A stretch of DNA of 63,911 bases, filler included, from Reticulomyxa filosa (lineage: Eukaryota; Protista; Foraminifera), in the NCBI GenBank assembly GCA_000512085.1. It is 20 parts of 20 records of this genome, joined end to end, with 100 filler letters (N's around TTAATTAATTAA, not from the genome) between each part and the next. Parts side by side here need not be neighbours in the genome. Positions count along the whole stretch, not along the records: positions 33,693 to 40,474 come from ASPP01027693.1; positions 40,575 to 44,865 come from ASPP01004873.1; positions 44,966 to 46,408 come from ASPP01011283.1; positions 46,509 to 48,197 come from ASPP01027318.1; 16 more parts are not named here. The stretch is one strand, 5' to 3'. The position numbers were made by a program, and so were the translations under genes. Positions within the stretch are counted from its first letter, which is position 1; each line of letters starts with the position of its first letter. This document shows, piece after piece, positions 34,188-46,558 of the stretch. Below the pieces are notes generated by a model. The model was given only the letters and a program-made list of their open reading frames with translations. It did not search any database and was not told the origin of the DNA.

Positions 34188-36477
34188 ATGTTTTTTTTAG
34201 AATTATCAACATGTGTTTGTTTGTTTTGGAGACAAATTCATTTTCTTATTGGTGTTCAGTTTCTGTTCTTATGCACTTCATCATCGCTTTTTTTAATTGA
34301 CAATACAAACTATCATTCCTTTGTCGTACATGACGACAGTAACGGTCAAGTATCAGAACTGATTCATGTGGCAAATACATCATTAATATATTATGAATTG
34401 CAGAAGTTTCCAAATGGTAACGTGTATTGGTCTGAAGCAATTTATTGGCAAAGGCACTCTTCGAAAGAAGGCGTGTCATTATGGTCGTCATCAACGCCAT
34501 TGTCAAAGAGAAAAGAATTGGACTTGTTGTACCCTCCATCGTCAAGCGAGTGTAAAAAATTGAAGGGAATAAAAAGAAGCGAAAATGCGCACCAGCAAAA
34601 AATGTGGGGCTGTGTATCCTCAATGGGTTTGTGGTCCTCATCTTTGAAAACAGAATGGAAGAAGCAAAGACAAGGACGTGTGGAACTGCATTGCAAGAGC
34701 AATGATGACAATAGTGTATGCAATAGTACGTATAGCGCAATGGAGTTTGTATTGCTGCCTTATCCATCGATAGGACAAGCAAGGAAAGATAAGAGATCGC
34801 AGAAAGAAAAAGAGCGCTATTATTTGCAAAGAAGAAAAAAAAAGGAAGGATGGATTGTAGAAGTGAATGTAAGTAATAGTGAAGTTATAAACGAGCGATT
34901 GTATTCAATGTGGGTGATGACGTCATGGCCGAAGAACATGAAAGACGGATACGTACAAGCAAGTGGAAAACATGACCCTTTGGCAACGACATTGATATAT
35001 GCAGGAGAACATGTGACATTGAATCAATTGCAACGCGTGTTTGTAATGATTTTTCAAAAGCGTGATGCGAACAAATGGCAATTGCAATTGCAATGGACTT
35101 GGTTAAGCACGATGCAAGAAACAAGACTGTCAACTCAACAACAAACGCAATGGAAAGAGATTGCCGATGCAGATGCCGCAAACACGATGATCAAGACGAG
35201 GACAATTGAATTCGTACAATGGGACGAGCGATGGATCGCAAGTGTGGTCTACAAGAACTTGAATGGACAAGAGGAAATTGAATCGATGCAATGGTGGAGG
35301 TTTGAAGACTTGTTTTTTTATTGGTTCAATCACAATGCTTACAATGACTATAGTGATCATAGTGACCACCTCACTTTCACTTTTTTTGATGTCAATCCCA
35401 ATTCCATTTTTAGCGGCTGGCCGGATGCCAGGCGTCAATTGCAACAACAAAATGACACTACTTTGTTCACCACAACCAATTCTCCCGTCTGTGTAGATGT
35501 CATCGACGTCCACACTTGTTATTTTCAAGGGTGTAATCCCACACAGTATTTGTGCGACGAAACCAGTTTTCAAGACGTCTGTTGCCATACTTGTAGTGTT
35601 TGTGGTTGAGTCATAATTCCTTTTCAATTTTTTTTTTTTTTTTTTTTGGCAAACTATTTTTGTGTTGGGCAAAATTTTATCAAATAACAACATTCACATT
35701 CGCTCAGATCAATTCCAATACCAGAGCTCTTCCACTGCTCCTGCTCTCAATTGCAAAGATGAAAATACTACTGATTTATGCTCTTATGCTACCAATGGAC
35801 CTGAAAGTAGCTTTTGCAAATCAAAAGACTTTATGCAACGATGTCCGCAAACATGCGCAAATCCACGATGTACATTTACCTCGCCACCTGCTTCCGATAA
35901 TACAACAGTCTCCAATGAACTCAAAACAGCCAGTTTTGAATTAGTTCACACGGAGTGGGATTTGTGGCTGGTTGTGTTGATTATCATTGTGCTGGCATTG
36001 AACATCTGCTTGGGGTGCGCATGCTTGTTGTTGCTACACAAAAGCAACCAATTGATGTCAAGGAAGGCCCCTCTCAATATCGATGATGGGGAAGTTAGTC
36101 CCGATCAACTCTCCAACGCTTCCCACGGAGATTATGTTGTTCCTAGCTACAAAAAAATTCATTTGAATGGAATTCACGAAGAAAATGAAGAAAACACTCT
36201 CCAAGATAACAATGATGGCAAAAGAGAGAGCGATCATGATGGTGGTAATGGTAACAATGATAATGATGATGATGATGATGACGATGATGATGACGATGAT
36301 GACGACGATGATGATGATAACAATGATGAGAAGGAGGATAATAACGAAAATGCTTATCATGTCTATTCAAACCAAGGGCATGATAGAGCCATTGGCAAAG
36401 TTGTTGCTACACATACACCACAAGAGGATGCACATATGTATTATAAAAGTTCATTAAATCATTATCCTAATCACTGA
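34188..36477 (+). CDS. Membrane protein with Cys-rich ShK-like domains, a TM helix and a poly-Asp cytoplasmic tail
   Basis: N-terminal hydrophobic segment; CVDVIDVHTC...CCHTCSVC and CKDENTTDLC...CKSKDFMQRCPQTCANPRC; intron ~35605-35707; TM LWLVVLIIIVLALNICLGCACLLLL; D-rich run. Confidence 0.65.
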
Positions 36478-37134
36478 CTTCTTTTCATGTCTCATTACTC
36501 CAATCCAAAAGAGGATGATTTTTGTTTGTCTTACGTTTGTGGCTTGTTCCTTTCTTTTTATTTTATTTTATTTTTTTCTCTCTTCAAACAAAATAAAACT
36601 CTCGTTTTTGTTTGAATGGTTTTGGTTTTTAATATTTTGACTTTTTTTTCCCTCTTTCCCAATGTCTAAGACAAAAATAAGTGTTATGGTTGTGGAAATA
36701 GATTGTTTTTTGTTTTTCTCTCATTTTTGTTTCTTCAAAACTGGACTTCAAATCTTTGGAGCAATTTTTTAAAAAATAAGTTATATAAAAAAGATTCCCA
36801 ACTTTAAATTGTTATGATTTGAGACGACGCAGAATAAAAAAAATTTCAAACGAGAGACAAACAACGCAGATCTATAATTAGTTGATAATTAACGTGATCA
36901 AAGTAACTTCAACCTATGAAGAAAAACTGAACAATTAGGTAGCTATTCGAAAAAAATCCAAGATTGCATTTTTGTTTTTTTTTTTTACTTTCTTCTATCT
37001 GCAAAAAATGAAAGAAATATTGAAAAGGTGGGCTAAATCACTGGGTTTGTTCAGCAACTCAATTGAGAATTCGCTCAAATGTATGAGCAAACAAATGGTC
37101 CTGTTTTACATTGTATGAATAATTCCATGTCATA

Positions 37135-38555
37135 TTATTGAGATTTTTCTTTACTTTCCACAGGTACTGGGACAGCAACTCCAACTCGAGCAGGTCTCAA
37201 CACATAAGTATATAACATGTACCCTTCCGACAACACTTGAACAATGGTTCCTTCGGCATGTTCATTGGTTGCCACTTGAAACAGCGCTTGATGATGATTC
37301 GGATTAAACTCCATACCTTCACATTGAATCTTATAACAATGGGATATCACAAAACAAATAGCAATATATTTAATAATAGTAATAATAATAATAATTATTA
37401 CAACTGATTATCATTTTTTTTTTTTTTTGAAAAAAACACACCGAAGCGAGGAGAAGGGAAAAATATGCTAAACTTTTTGAATGCATGTCTTTCAAAAGTT
37501 TCAAGCAAAGTCTTTTGAGTATCGCGCATGCCTTGGACCAAAGCTTTCAATTGAGGATCAGTATCCAAATTGGCCTTGGTATCAAGCATACGTAATGCGC
37601 TTTGTACCGAATCAGCAACTGCAAGAATATCCAATGAAAATTTGCGTATTGCCAAGTTTCGAGCACTTTCTTCATCTTTTTTTGACATATTTGTTAAAGT
37701 ATTTAAATCTTCTTTTCTCTTTGCGCAAGCTTCTTGATATCTCGCCATTTTTTCTTCCCACATCCGTAGCTTTTGATTTATTGTTATACGTTAAATTTGT
37801 ACTCTCCACACGTATTAATGATGACTCATGCCTCCCCTCTCTCATTTTCTTTGCAAAAAAAAAAAAAAAAAAAAAAATAATGCCTGTCTCTCACTTTCCA
37901 AAATGCTTTCTGATTGATCAGAAGATGCTGTTTGAGCTTGATTGGAATTATCCTCTTCTTGTTTATCGGTATCACCATTGGACCGATTTTTTGTCACGAA
38001 TGCAATAACGCGACTAAAATAGCTACCTTTTGAGGTTGTTTTTTTATTCTATTGTTTCAAGTATCAAATCAAACGAGACATTGATAGAAGGTAGTTAAAA
38101 AAAAAAAATATATATATATACATATATATGTCTACATATGTACACATATTCCTTATTACTGATTGGATCCAAACTTTTTCAAAATTTTGAATCTTTTCAT
38201 TTTTGTATTTTTTTTGCACTCGGTAGTTTTGCATGTTATTGGCTTATCCTAACTAAACTTTTGCTCCATCTTCTACATTTTGTTCGATTTTTATTTCATC
38301 CTGTCCGGTACTTGTGGGGTTCTTTGCAGCTTCGGTGTTGCCTTCTTGCTCGTCGACTTTTTCTTTTTCTTGCTGTGTTGAAAATTCCCGGAATTTCATG
38401 AGCTGGAAAAGAGGATATTCTTTTCTGACACACGGCTGGTTGATTATCGTTTTTATAGTGCATATTTTCTGAAAATGTTGTTTATTCAATCCCACAGTCG
38501 GATATAGAGCGCTTGCACGAAATAGATTAGGGCGAAACATTTTCAACTTTTCCAT
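37135..38555 (-). CDS. grpE: Mitochondrial GrpE (Mge1) nucleotide-exchange factor, multi-exon
   Basis: Basic presequence MFRPNLFRASALY; AIRKFSLDILAVADSV; LVQGMRDTQKTLLETFERH; FNPNHHQALFQV; GTIVQVLSEGYMLYTYVLRPARVGV. Confidence 0.9.
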
Positions 38556-39004
38556 CGTTCAAGTCAAGTCGTGAAAAGTACATTTTCATTTTATTATCTC
38601 TTTTTGGGCACAGTTTTGTGTATGCAAAAAAACTTTGTTCTTTTCTTATTCACTGTTTCAAGACATTCCCAAAGAAGGCTATACTTTAGCCATAATTGTG
38701 TTCTCTGTTTATTAATCAGCAATATCAGTGTCGAAAAAAAAAAGTGACGGAAATAATACTTGAAAAAAACTTGTGAAAAAGGTATGGTTACATTTTGAGC
38801 AAGCAATAAATTTCACCCGTAAATAACAAAACCTGTGAAGCAAATTGAGGCTATATAGCCGTTTCATTACCTCCAAAAAAAAAAAAAAGACGATAATTTC
38901 GAGAAATTTCAAGTTGAACGTTGTTACAAAGGAGAGGAAACAAAAGAAAAAAAAGGACTGGCATTGATTAAAATTTTGGTTATAGAGCTGATGACAGTTT
39001 TTAG

Positions 39005-40405
39005 ATGTCAACACGTCATAAAACATCTTGTTCCTCATCCTCACTCTCTTGTGACCTGCCTGTGGATGAGAATTTTGAAGAAAAGTGGGGCGAGTGGCTT
39101 CGTACGCTGTCGCAATGGGAATACATAAAAGTTCAGAAACGGTTGCGACAGCCGTTAGTTCCGCCATTTCTGTTTGGAATAGTCCAGCAATCGGTGGCGG
39201 AAACAACAGAGCAAATGAACATGGAATCAATTTACCGTGGGGCATACCCAACGTTGGTGAACTTTACATTTTTGAAGAGATTGCATTTGAAGAGTATGAT
39301 ATCGATAATCCCGGAGACAGTGACAAGAGACTTGCAATCGTTTTGCAAAGACAATAACATTCGCAATTACGTATTCAAAGTGAAGCAGTACGACGAAGCG
39401 CAACTACATTTGACGTATGAGATTGTGAGTCAAGTGTTGTCCCTGTTGATGAACAGCGACAATTTGCCAGCGTATTTGCATTGTTTGGACGGGGCTCACT
39501 ACACGGGCTTAATTATCGCCTGTTTGCGACGTTTGCAGCATTGGAATTTCCACACCTGCATTTGGCCCGAGTACTTGTCTTACATTAGCGAAATCGACAA
39601 TGGAGAAGTGGAAATGCACGAGACGTGGTGCCAACGCTACCAAGGATGCGTCACGTTCCCATGGAATTTGCAAAACGTACCCTCCTGGTTTTTTCCTTCG
39701 TGGATACGTTCCGAACAGGCCAAGTTGCGACACCAGTCTTCTTCTTCTTCTTCTTCTTCTTCTTCTTCTTTTTCTTCTTCTTCTTTTGATGCTGAGAAAA
39801 ATCATGGGAGTGTTGCTAGTACTACTACTACTACTACTACTGCTGTTGCTGACATACAGTATACGTATCAATTGCCCATACATCCGACTATTACGCTGAG
39901 CAAACAAGACCCTCCCAAATTTTCTCCCCCACTTATTTCTTACAATGCAACTCTTGACGAACATGAACCACCATTGAAACTAGCTGATCTATCCTCTTCC
40001 ACTCCAATACCCATTTTGGCCTCGGCTTTAACTTCCAAACTCAAAGACTCTACCCATTCTCAATACTATGCGCTCGCCACACCAAAACCATCGCTCATGC
40101 AAACGTCCACACTCGCACTCACACCCACACCGACACCAACGTCAACTCCTCTGCCCACTCCCACCACCACACCAACGTCCACGTCCACGTCCATGTCCAT
40201 ACTCACCCATATCGCACACTCACAAATGTGCACGCCAAATCCTTCTTGCAATACCACGGCCAAACCCGACGGTGTCTCAAAACCCTCTTCGCACACTCCC
40301 TTTCGCATGTCCAAAATACATCTGTTCGTCAACAACAAAGATAACATTGAAACGGATGCCGATTTTTTTCAAGTTGTTTTATTATTATTATTATTATTAT
40401 TATAA
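39005..40405 (+). CDS. Siw14/OCA-family (OCA6-like) atypical phosphatase with a low-complexity C-terminus (3' end uncertain)
   Basis: PLVPPFLFGIV, IYRGAYPTLVNFTFLKRLHLKSMISI, NLPAYLHCLDGAHYTGLIIACLRRLQHW. Confidence 0.85.
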   Translation: MSTRHKTSCSSSSLSCDLPVDENFEEKWGEWLRTLSQWEYIKVQKRLRQPLVPPFLFGIVQQSVAETTEQMNMESIYRGAYPTLVNFTFLKRLHLKSMISIIPETVTRDLQSFCKDNNIRNYVFKVKQYDEAQLHLTYEIVSQVLSLLMNSDNLPAYLHCLDGAHYTGLIIACLRRLQHWNFHTCIWPEYLSYISEIDNGEVEMHETWCQRYQGCVTFPWNLQNVPSWFFPSWIRSEQAKLRHQSSSSSSSSSSSFSSSSFDAEKNHGSVASTTTTTTTAVADIQYTYQLPIHPTITLSKQDPPKFSPPLISYNATLDEHEPPLKLADLSSSTPIPILASALTSKLKDSTHSQYYALATPKPSLMQTSTLALTPTPTPTSTPLPTPTTTPTSTSTSMSILTHIAHSQMCTPNPSCNTTAKPDGVSKPSSHTPFRMSKIHLFVNNKDNIETDADFFQVVLLLLLLLL

Positions 40406-41053
40406 CATATAAATATAAATATATATACATATACATATATACATTTATTATTATTATCATTATTAATGTTTTTTNNNNNNNNNNNNNNNNNNNNNNNNNN
40501 NNNNNNNNNNNNNNNNNNTTAATTAATTAANNNNNNNNNNNNNNNNNNNNNNNNNNNNNNNNNNNNNNNNNNNNAAAATAACAATAACAATAACACTCAT
40601 CTTGACTCAGATCAAGAAATGGAAATTGTATCTGATGTCGAGATTGAAGATCGAGTTGATTGATTGGTCGATTGATTTTTATTTGTTTGCTTTCTTTTTT
40701 CTCCTCTTTGTTGTTTTTCTTGCTCATTGTTTTTTTTGTTGTTGGAAGGGAAGAGCTTGCTTTTTGTATAGATGCTTTTTTTTGATAGGCTTCCCTTTTT
40801 TTTCATGTGTCTTTTTTTAAAAAAAAACAAAGTTTGGAAAGCTTGATCACATGGAAAGTGAGGCTGCCACACTTGCTGGAACCTTTGCTTTGTGAAAATG
40901 ATGTCGCACTGTGTTTTTATTTCATTTCGTTCCCATTGCATCTCACACAAAATTTCTTGGCCACATTTTGAATTTCAATATTTAAGCGCCAATTTGAAAC
41001 GAAAATTATTCAAACAGTGAAATCATAAAGCCTTTTTTTCTTCAAAAAAAAAA

Positions 41054-42466
41054 ATGAATGCCGGTCGATATCGACAAAAAATAAATGAATTGGATATTCA
41101 TGATAATCTATTAAAACATAACGAATATGTGAGTCAAGTGCTGAGTCGAATTGTAACAAATGCAACGTGGCCTCTTGCCTGTACCGGCAAAAATGGGCTT
41201 TGTGGGGGAATGAATGTCGACAATGATAATGACACCGCAAATACGCAGCCACAAGAAGTGGACAATGACAAGAATGTAATCGAATTGGTAATTAAAAATG
41301 CATTTATAATGTCTGTATATCCTCCAATTTTTTTCAGTTTCAGATGCAACAATAAGAAAAAGTATCTCTCCTCCCAAAAAAAAAAACAGACTAAAGAACT
41401 AATCGAATTGGTTATAAGCAATTGGCTGCGGGCTTTGGGAATTGAGTGGGGTTGGATCAAAGACTTTGACCAAATCATTGCGAATAAAGTTAAAAAGTGA
41501 TCACATACACACACATATATACACAGAAATAAAAGAATGACATGCATAATTAGTTGAATACATTTGACAATGTTTCACTAGCTCAAGCGCTTCAAAGTGT
41601 TAAAAATGTTCATTGGACATTCTCTCAGAGTTACTTGTGTTGAATTTTCACCTGACGGGAAGACCATTGTGTCCTCTTCGTACGATCCTGTAGTCCGACT
41701 ATGGGACGTAGACACAGGCATTGAAATTCAAAAATTTGAAGGCCATACGAGTTGGGTGAATGGGGTCCAATTTGCACCTAATGGCTGTATGATCGCGTCC
41801 TATTCAAGCGAGGGCGATATTCGATTGTGGGATATGAAATCAGGTCATGAAATGAAAAAATTGAGGGGGCATTCTGCCGGTGTCACAAAAATACATTTTT
41901 CATCAGATGGCTGTGCAATTGTATCTTCTTCATATGATAAAACAATTCGAATATGGGATGTTGCATCAGGAAAAGAAACAAAGAAATTGGAAGGACATTC
42001 TGGTTTTGTTATGGGAACACAATTTTCATCAGATGGGAAAAATGTATTGTCATGTTCATGGGATAAAACAATTCGAATATGGAATTTGTCAACAGGAGAA
42101 AATACTCACATTTTTGTTGGACATTTAGATACCATTAAAGCAGCTCAATTCTCTGTGGATAATCAAAGTATTGTTTCATGCTCATTTGATAGAACAATTC
42201 GAATATGGGATGTGAACTCAAGAAAGGAACTACAAAAATTAGAAGGACATTCAAAGTTTATTAACAATGTTCAATTTTCACCAGATTGTCGGATCATTGT
42301 GTCTTGTTCATTGGATTGCTCCATTCGATTGTGGGATGTCACATTAGGGAGAGAAGTTGAGAGACTTGAGGATCATTTAGGAGCAGTAACTTATGCACAA
42401 TTTTCACCAGACGGTACTACCATTGTATCAGCTTCTACTGAAGGGATAATTCGTCTGTGGAAATGA
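41054..42466 (+). CDS. WD40-repeat protein (7 repeats) with an N-terminal WLRALGIEWGWIKDFDQII module
   Basis: Seven GH/DH...WD-type repeats in 41597-42466; exon 41390-41488 spliced in phase 0 to the exon starting at 41582. Confidence 0.9.
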
Positions 42467-43130
42467 AAATGCAAACTTACTTGTGCGTGAATCGGACATC
42501 TTGCACAAATAGACAATTCATCTTTGAAAATGAACATGCTGTATGATGCTGAACTTTGTTCATACTCCAATTTGAAACAGATATTATATGCTCGTTGAAT
42601 GCACTATTGTTTATTCTCAAATATTTCTCATTTGATGCTTTTGCAAAAAAAAAAAAAAACAACAACAACTTGCTTTTAAAAATACCAATATCAAGAAAGT
42701 GCATTTTAATACCAATTATAATGCATTTCAATTTGGTGCGTTGCATTTTGTGATCCAATGACACAAGTTGTTTGGACTTGCCTTTTTTAATATTCCAAAA
42801 AAAGACAACAAAAAAATGCTTGAACTTTTGTTTGTGAAATCACATCGTAAGAAATGATGGTTGGGGTTTATCAACGCACCCACTCCAAATTCAACGATTT
42901 TTTGAAATATTTAGATTTTGTGTTTTTGTTTCTAAACACGATAACATGTACAAAATATTTACCCGAATATTTGTTGTGACTTTGCTAAATATTTCAGCTT
43001 TTTTTGTGTAAAATAAAAATTTTGCTTGCGATTTTCATGATCAAACTTTGCAATATTTTTACAACAAAAGGAACAAAGTAAAAAAATTTCAATCCTAAAA
43101 AACTTAGAGATAAAGGAGAGGCAAATAGAT

Positions 43131-44865
43131 ATGGAAGAGCCAGAGGAAAAGAAGGATACAGGAAAAAATGTGAGATGCTATGACGAAGGGTGGTTAAAAT
43201 TGTGTGCGAAGCTAGAGCCAGTGGCAACAGACGTGTGTTTAGTATGTAAGCAAATTGCAAAAAATGCGGTGGAATTGACGTGCGAAGGACATATAGAAGG
43301 TGACAGCGTGTTAATAGTTGGAGAAGAATGCCTAAACAAGTATTTGCAAGAGAATGATGGAGAATGTCCATCAAAAAACGGCCACAGTAATTGTACGTAT
43401 ACAAAAAGCAGAGTCGTACGAAAGCGGATTGAGAATTTGGAAGTGATTGTCCACAGCAATACCAAATATTTCAAACAAAATCGAGAAAGGTAATGACTTT
43501 TCTTGCAAGCAATGCTGAGTGTCAATACAAAGGTAAAATAAAAGACATCCAAGAGCATTTGGAAAAAATGTGTCCATTGTATCCGATCGATTGTCCATTT
43601 CGCAAATGCGGATGTAAAGAGGTTATATTTCGTTGCAATGCAAATAACCACGGTCGAGAAAAGATGGAGTACATTTGGATTTAGTCAGCAAACATGCTGA
43701 ACAATTGCAAATCGAACTGGTGACATGTGAAGCAAAGCTAGAGCAATCCAACGTTCAATATCAAGAGCACATAACCTTGCTCCAAGTTGAAATTTGGAGA
43801 GTGTCTGTAAATTTGAGAGCCAATTATCGATTGTAATTCCAATACACGAACACACTTTTTAAAAAAAAAGGAAAAAATAAAGAAATTAGAGCCAGCCGCA
43901 AATGTTGGAAACAAAAAGACTTTTTATTTTCCATTTTTTTGTTTTTGAAAAAGTACTTTACTGCAAATATGTCACTTTTGATTGATAACAAAACTAGGAA
44001 GACGAAGATAAAAAGGAACTAGATGCTGTTCAAGTTAATCGTTATTTTTTTTGAGGAATCGCAAAATACATATGTGCAAAGTGTTATATGTTTTGATATA
44101 TGTCGGTAAGGGGAAGAAAGAGCCTTTTAGAAATTTTGGGAGTAATAATGTTCGAGTGATCAGTAATGCATTGGTGGTAATGATTGGAATTAGTAAGTAT
44201 CACGACAACAAAGTATGGCCAAATCTCCCTAACATTAAGACAAAAGACTTGGTGAATTTCAAAGAGCTATTTGAAAAGAAATTCAATTATGACTTTGTGT
44301 GCAATCATGAACCTAGCATGGCAAAAGATGACGTACACGAATTTTTTGCCAATTTAATGATCAATTACAAATTGTGTAAAAACTCCAGGCATTACGATGC
44401 TTTGATTGTTATTTTATGTGCACATGGAGAGGAGGGAGATATGTTGGTCACAAGTGATGGGAAAAAAGTACCTGTTGATAAAATACGCACACTTTTTGAT
44501 TGTCATAAGCTTAAAGCTTTCAAAGACTGTCCGAAAATATTTATTGTGGACATAGATCGTGGAAGAAATATCCCAACGGATTATAAAATGGTTATGCGGG
44601 GCAGAGAAAAGCACAAACGTGAACACAGTGGTGATGGATTCTTCACCATTTGGTCGACCACAAAGGGTAGTCAGGTTACAGATGCTTCGCTCTTGAGTGC
44701 AAGCATTAAAGACGTGCTTTCAACGTCCAATGGTAACTCTTCATTACACCGGATGCTGCATCAAGTTCGAAATGATATTCGAAGCAGAAAGTGGGGAGAA
44801 TACTATTGTATTGAGACACAAGAGACTACTCCCTATGATATTGTCCTTGCTCCAAAAATAAGCTT
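43131..44865 (+). pseudogene. RING-like + TRAF zinc finger + coiled coil + caspase-like domain gene, frameshifted
   Basis: CLVCKQIAKNAVELTC...ECPSKNGH; CQYKGKIKDIQEHLEKMCP...CPFRKCGC; NALVVMIGISKY, ILCAHGEEG, PKIFIVDIDRG; apparent 1-nt frameshifts near 43448 and 43672. Confidence 0.75.
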
Positions 44866-44965
44866 NNNNNNNNNNNNNNNNNNNNNNNNNNNNNNNNNNN
44901 NNNNNNNNNTTAATTAATTAANNNNNNNNNNNNNNNNNNNNNNNNNNNNNNNNNNNNNNNNNNNN

Positions 44966-46324
44966 CCAAGGTGTTTGAATCCATTGATATCACGACTGGA
45001 AAGTAAGTGCGAAGGCATCTTTTTTCTATCTGTTTATCTCTTTTTTTTTTTTTGAATTGGTTGCAAAAAAAAAAAAAAATGCAATACAATGGGAAGGCAT
45101 GTCGCATTGAAGGTGATCCGAAACTCGAGTCGATACATCGAGGCAGCAAAAACAGAGCTGAAGATATTGCAGCATATCACCAACTCAGATGATGGAGGAA
45201 GGTAAGAGGTAATTTTGTGACACTCGATACCACTCCCCTCTCCCCCCCCCCCCCTCCACTACCGGTCACAAACAGACAAATAACATACTATTATTTTCGT
45301 AGTTTTGGAACTCGATTCCAACACTTGTGTCCGTTTGTGTACATATATGTATGTGTGTATGTGTTGTTTTGCATTGCATGGTTCCAGCAACATTTTAAAA
45401 TAACAATAAATGATAAATTAATAACAATGAAACATTTGACTCATAGTTGCTGCGTTCACTTGAAGGAATATTTCACATGGAATGAGCACCCATGTCTAGT
45501 GTTCAGATTGTACGGACCTTCGATATATTCCATCATGTCCAAGAATCGTTATCGCCCTTTTCCCGATGATATTGTTCGGCATTTATCCGCGCAAATATGC
45601 ACTGCTATTCAATGTTGAGTTGTTGGGTGTGTGTGTATGGTGTGCATATGTGTGAAATCTGCAGAATATGTGTTTACATACAAATGCAAACACGAACAGT
45701 TTTGCATCAAAAAGATATCATATTCACCGATTTGAAGCCAGAAAATATTGTTTTTGTGGATGGAAGAACAAAGGAAGTCACCATTCCTGGAAATGTTTGT
45801 TGTTTTGTTTTTTTTTTTTTTTTGAAGCAGCATTGAGACAGAGAGGATATAAAAATATGTATTGTATGCGTGATGGACAGAAAATTCAGTATTATCCCAT
45901 AGACACAAGAATAAAGATAATCGATTTTGGCAGTGCTGTGTACGAGCCAAAGTATGACCCGAATAATAAAGCGACGTGGAAATTCCGTGATGGCTATACA
46001 TATCTCATTCAAACTCGACACTATCGTGCTCCCGAAGTCGTGCTTGAAATGCACTGGAAAAGACCAGTCGATGTTTGGTCCATTGGCTGTGTGATACTAG
46101 AATTCTTGCACGGCTCGATGGTATTTAATACGCATTGCTCAATAGATCATTTAAATCAAATGCAAACCATGATTGGCCCAATTCCACAAAAATTGATTGA
46201 GTCTGCTCCCTCTCAAACCGCGGGGGAAATGTTTCATCTTGAAACATTAGCTTTGCGAATGGAAAATGCTAAACGAAGTCGTGTTCAAGCCCGAAGCCTT
46301 GAAGTTTTTTTTTCAAAAAAATAA
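44966..46324 (+). CDS. CLK/LAMMER-family CMGC protein kinase, partial, multi-exon
   Basis: VALKVIRN..RYIEAAKTELKIL, IIFTDLKPENI, IKIIDFGSA, IQTRHYRAPEVVL, DVWSIGC, DHLNQMQTMIG. Confidence 0.9.
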
Positions 46325-46369
46325 ATTCTATTCAATAATCACTTCCACATGTGCACATTTCTTTACATT

Positions 46370-46408
<39 letters not shown>

Positions 46409-46558
46409 NNNNNNNNNNNNNNNNNNNNNNNNNNNNNNNNNNNNNNNNNNNNTTAATTAATTAANNNNNNNNNNNNNNNNNNNNNNNNNNNNNNNNNNNN
46501 NNNNNNNNATATATATGTACATGTATGTAAATAATTATTTTGAAAAAAAAAAAAAATA

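Noticed and set aside
36058-36457. Poly-Ile, poly-His and poly-Met ORFs
   Set aside because: Alternative frames of the (GAT)n poly-Asp tract
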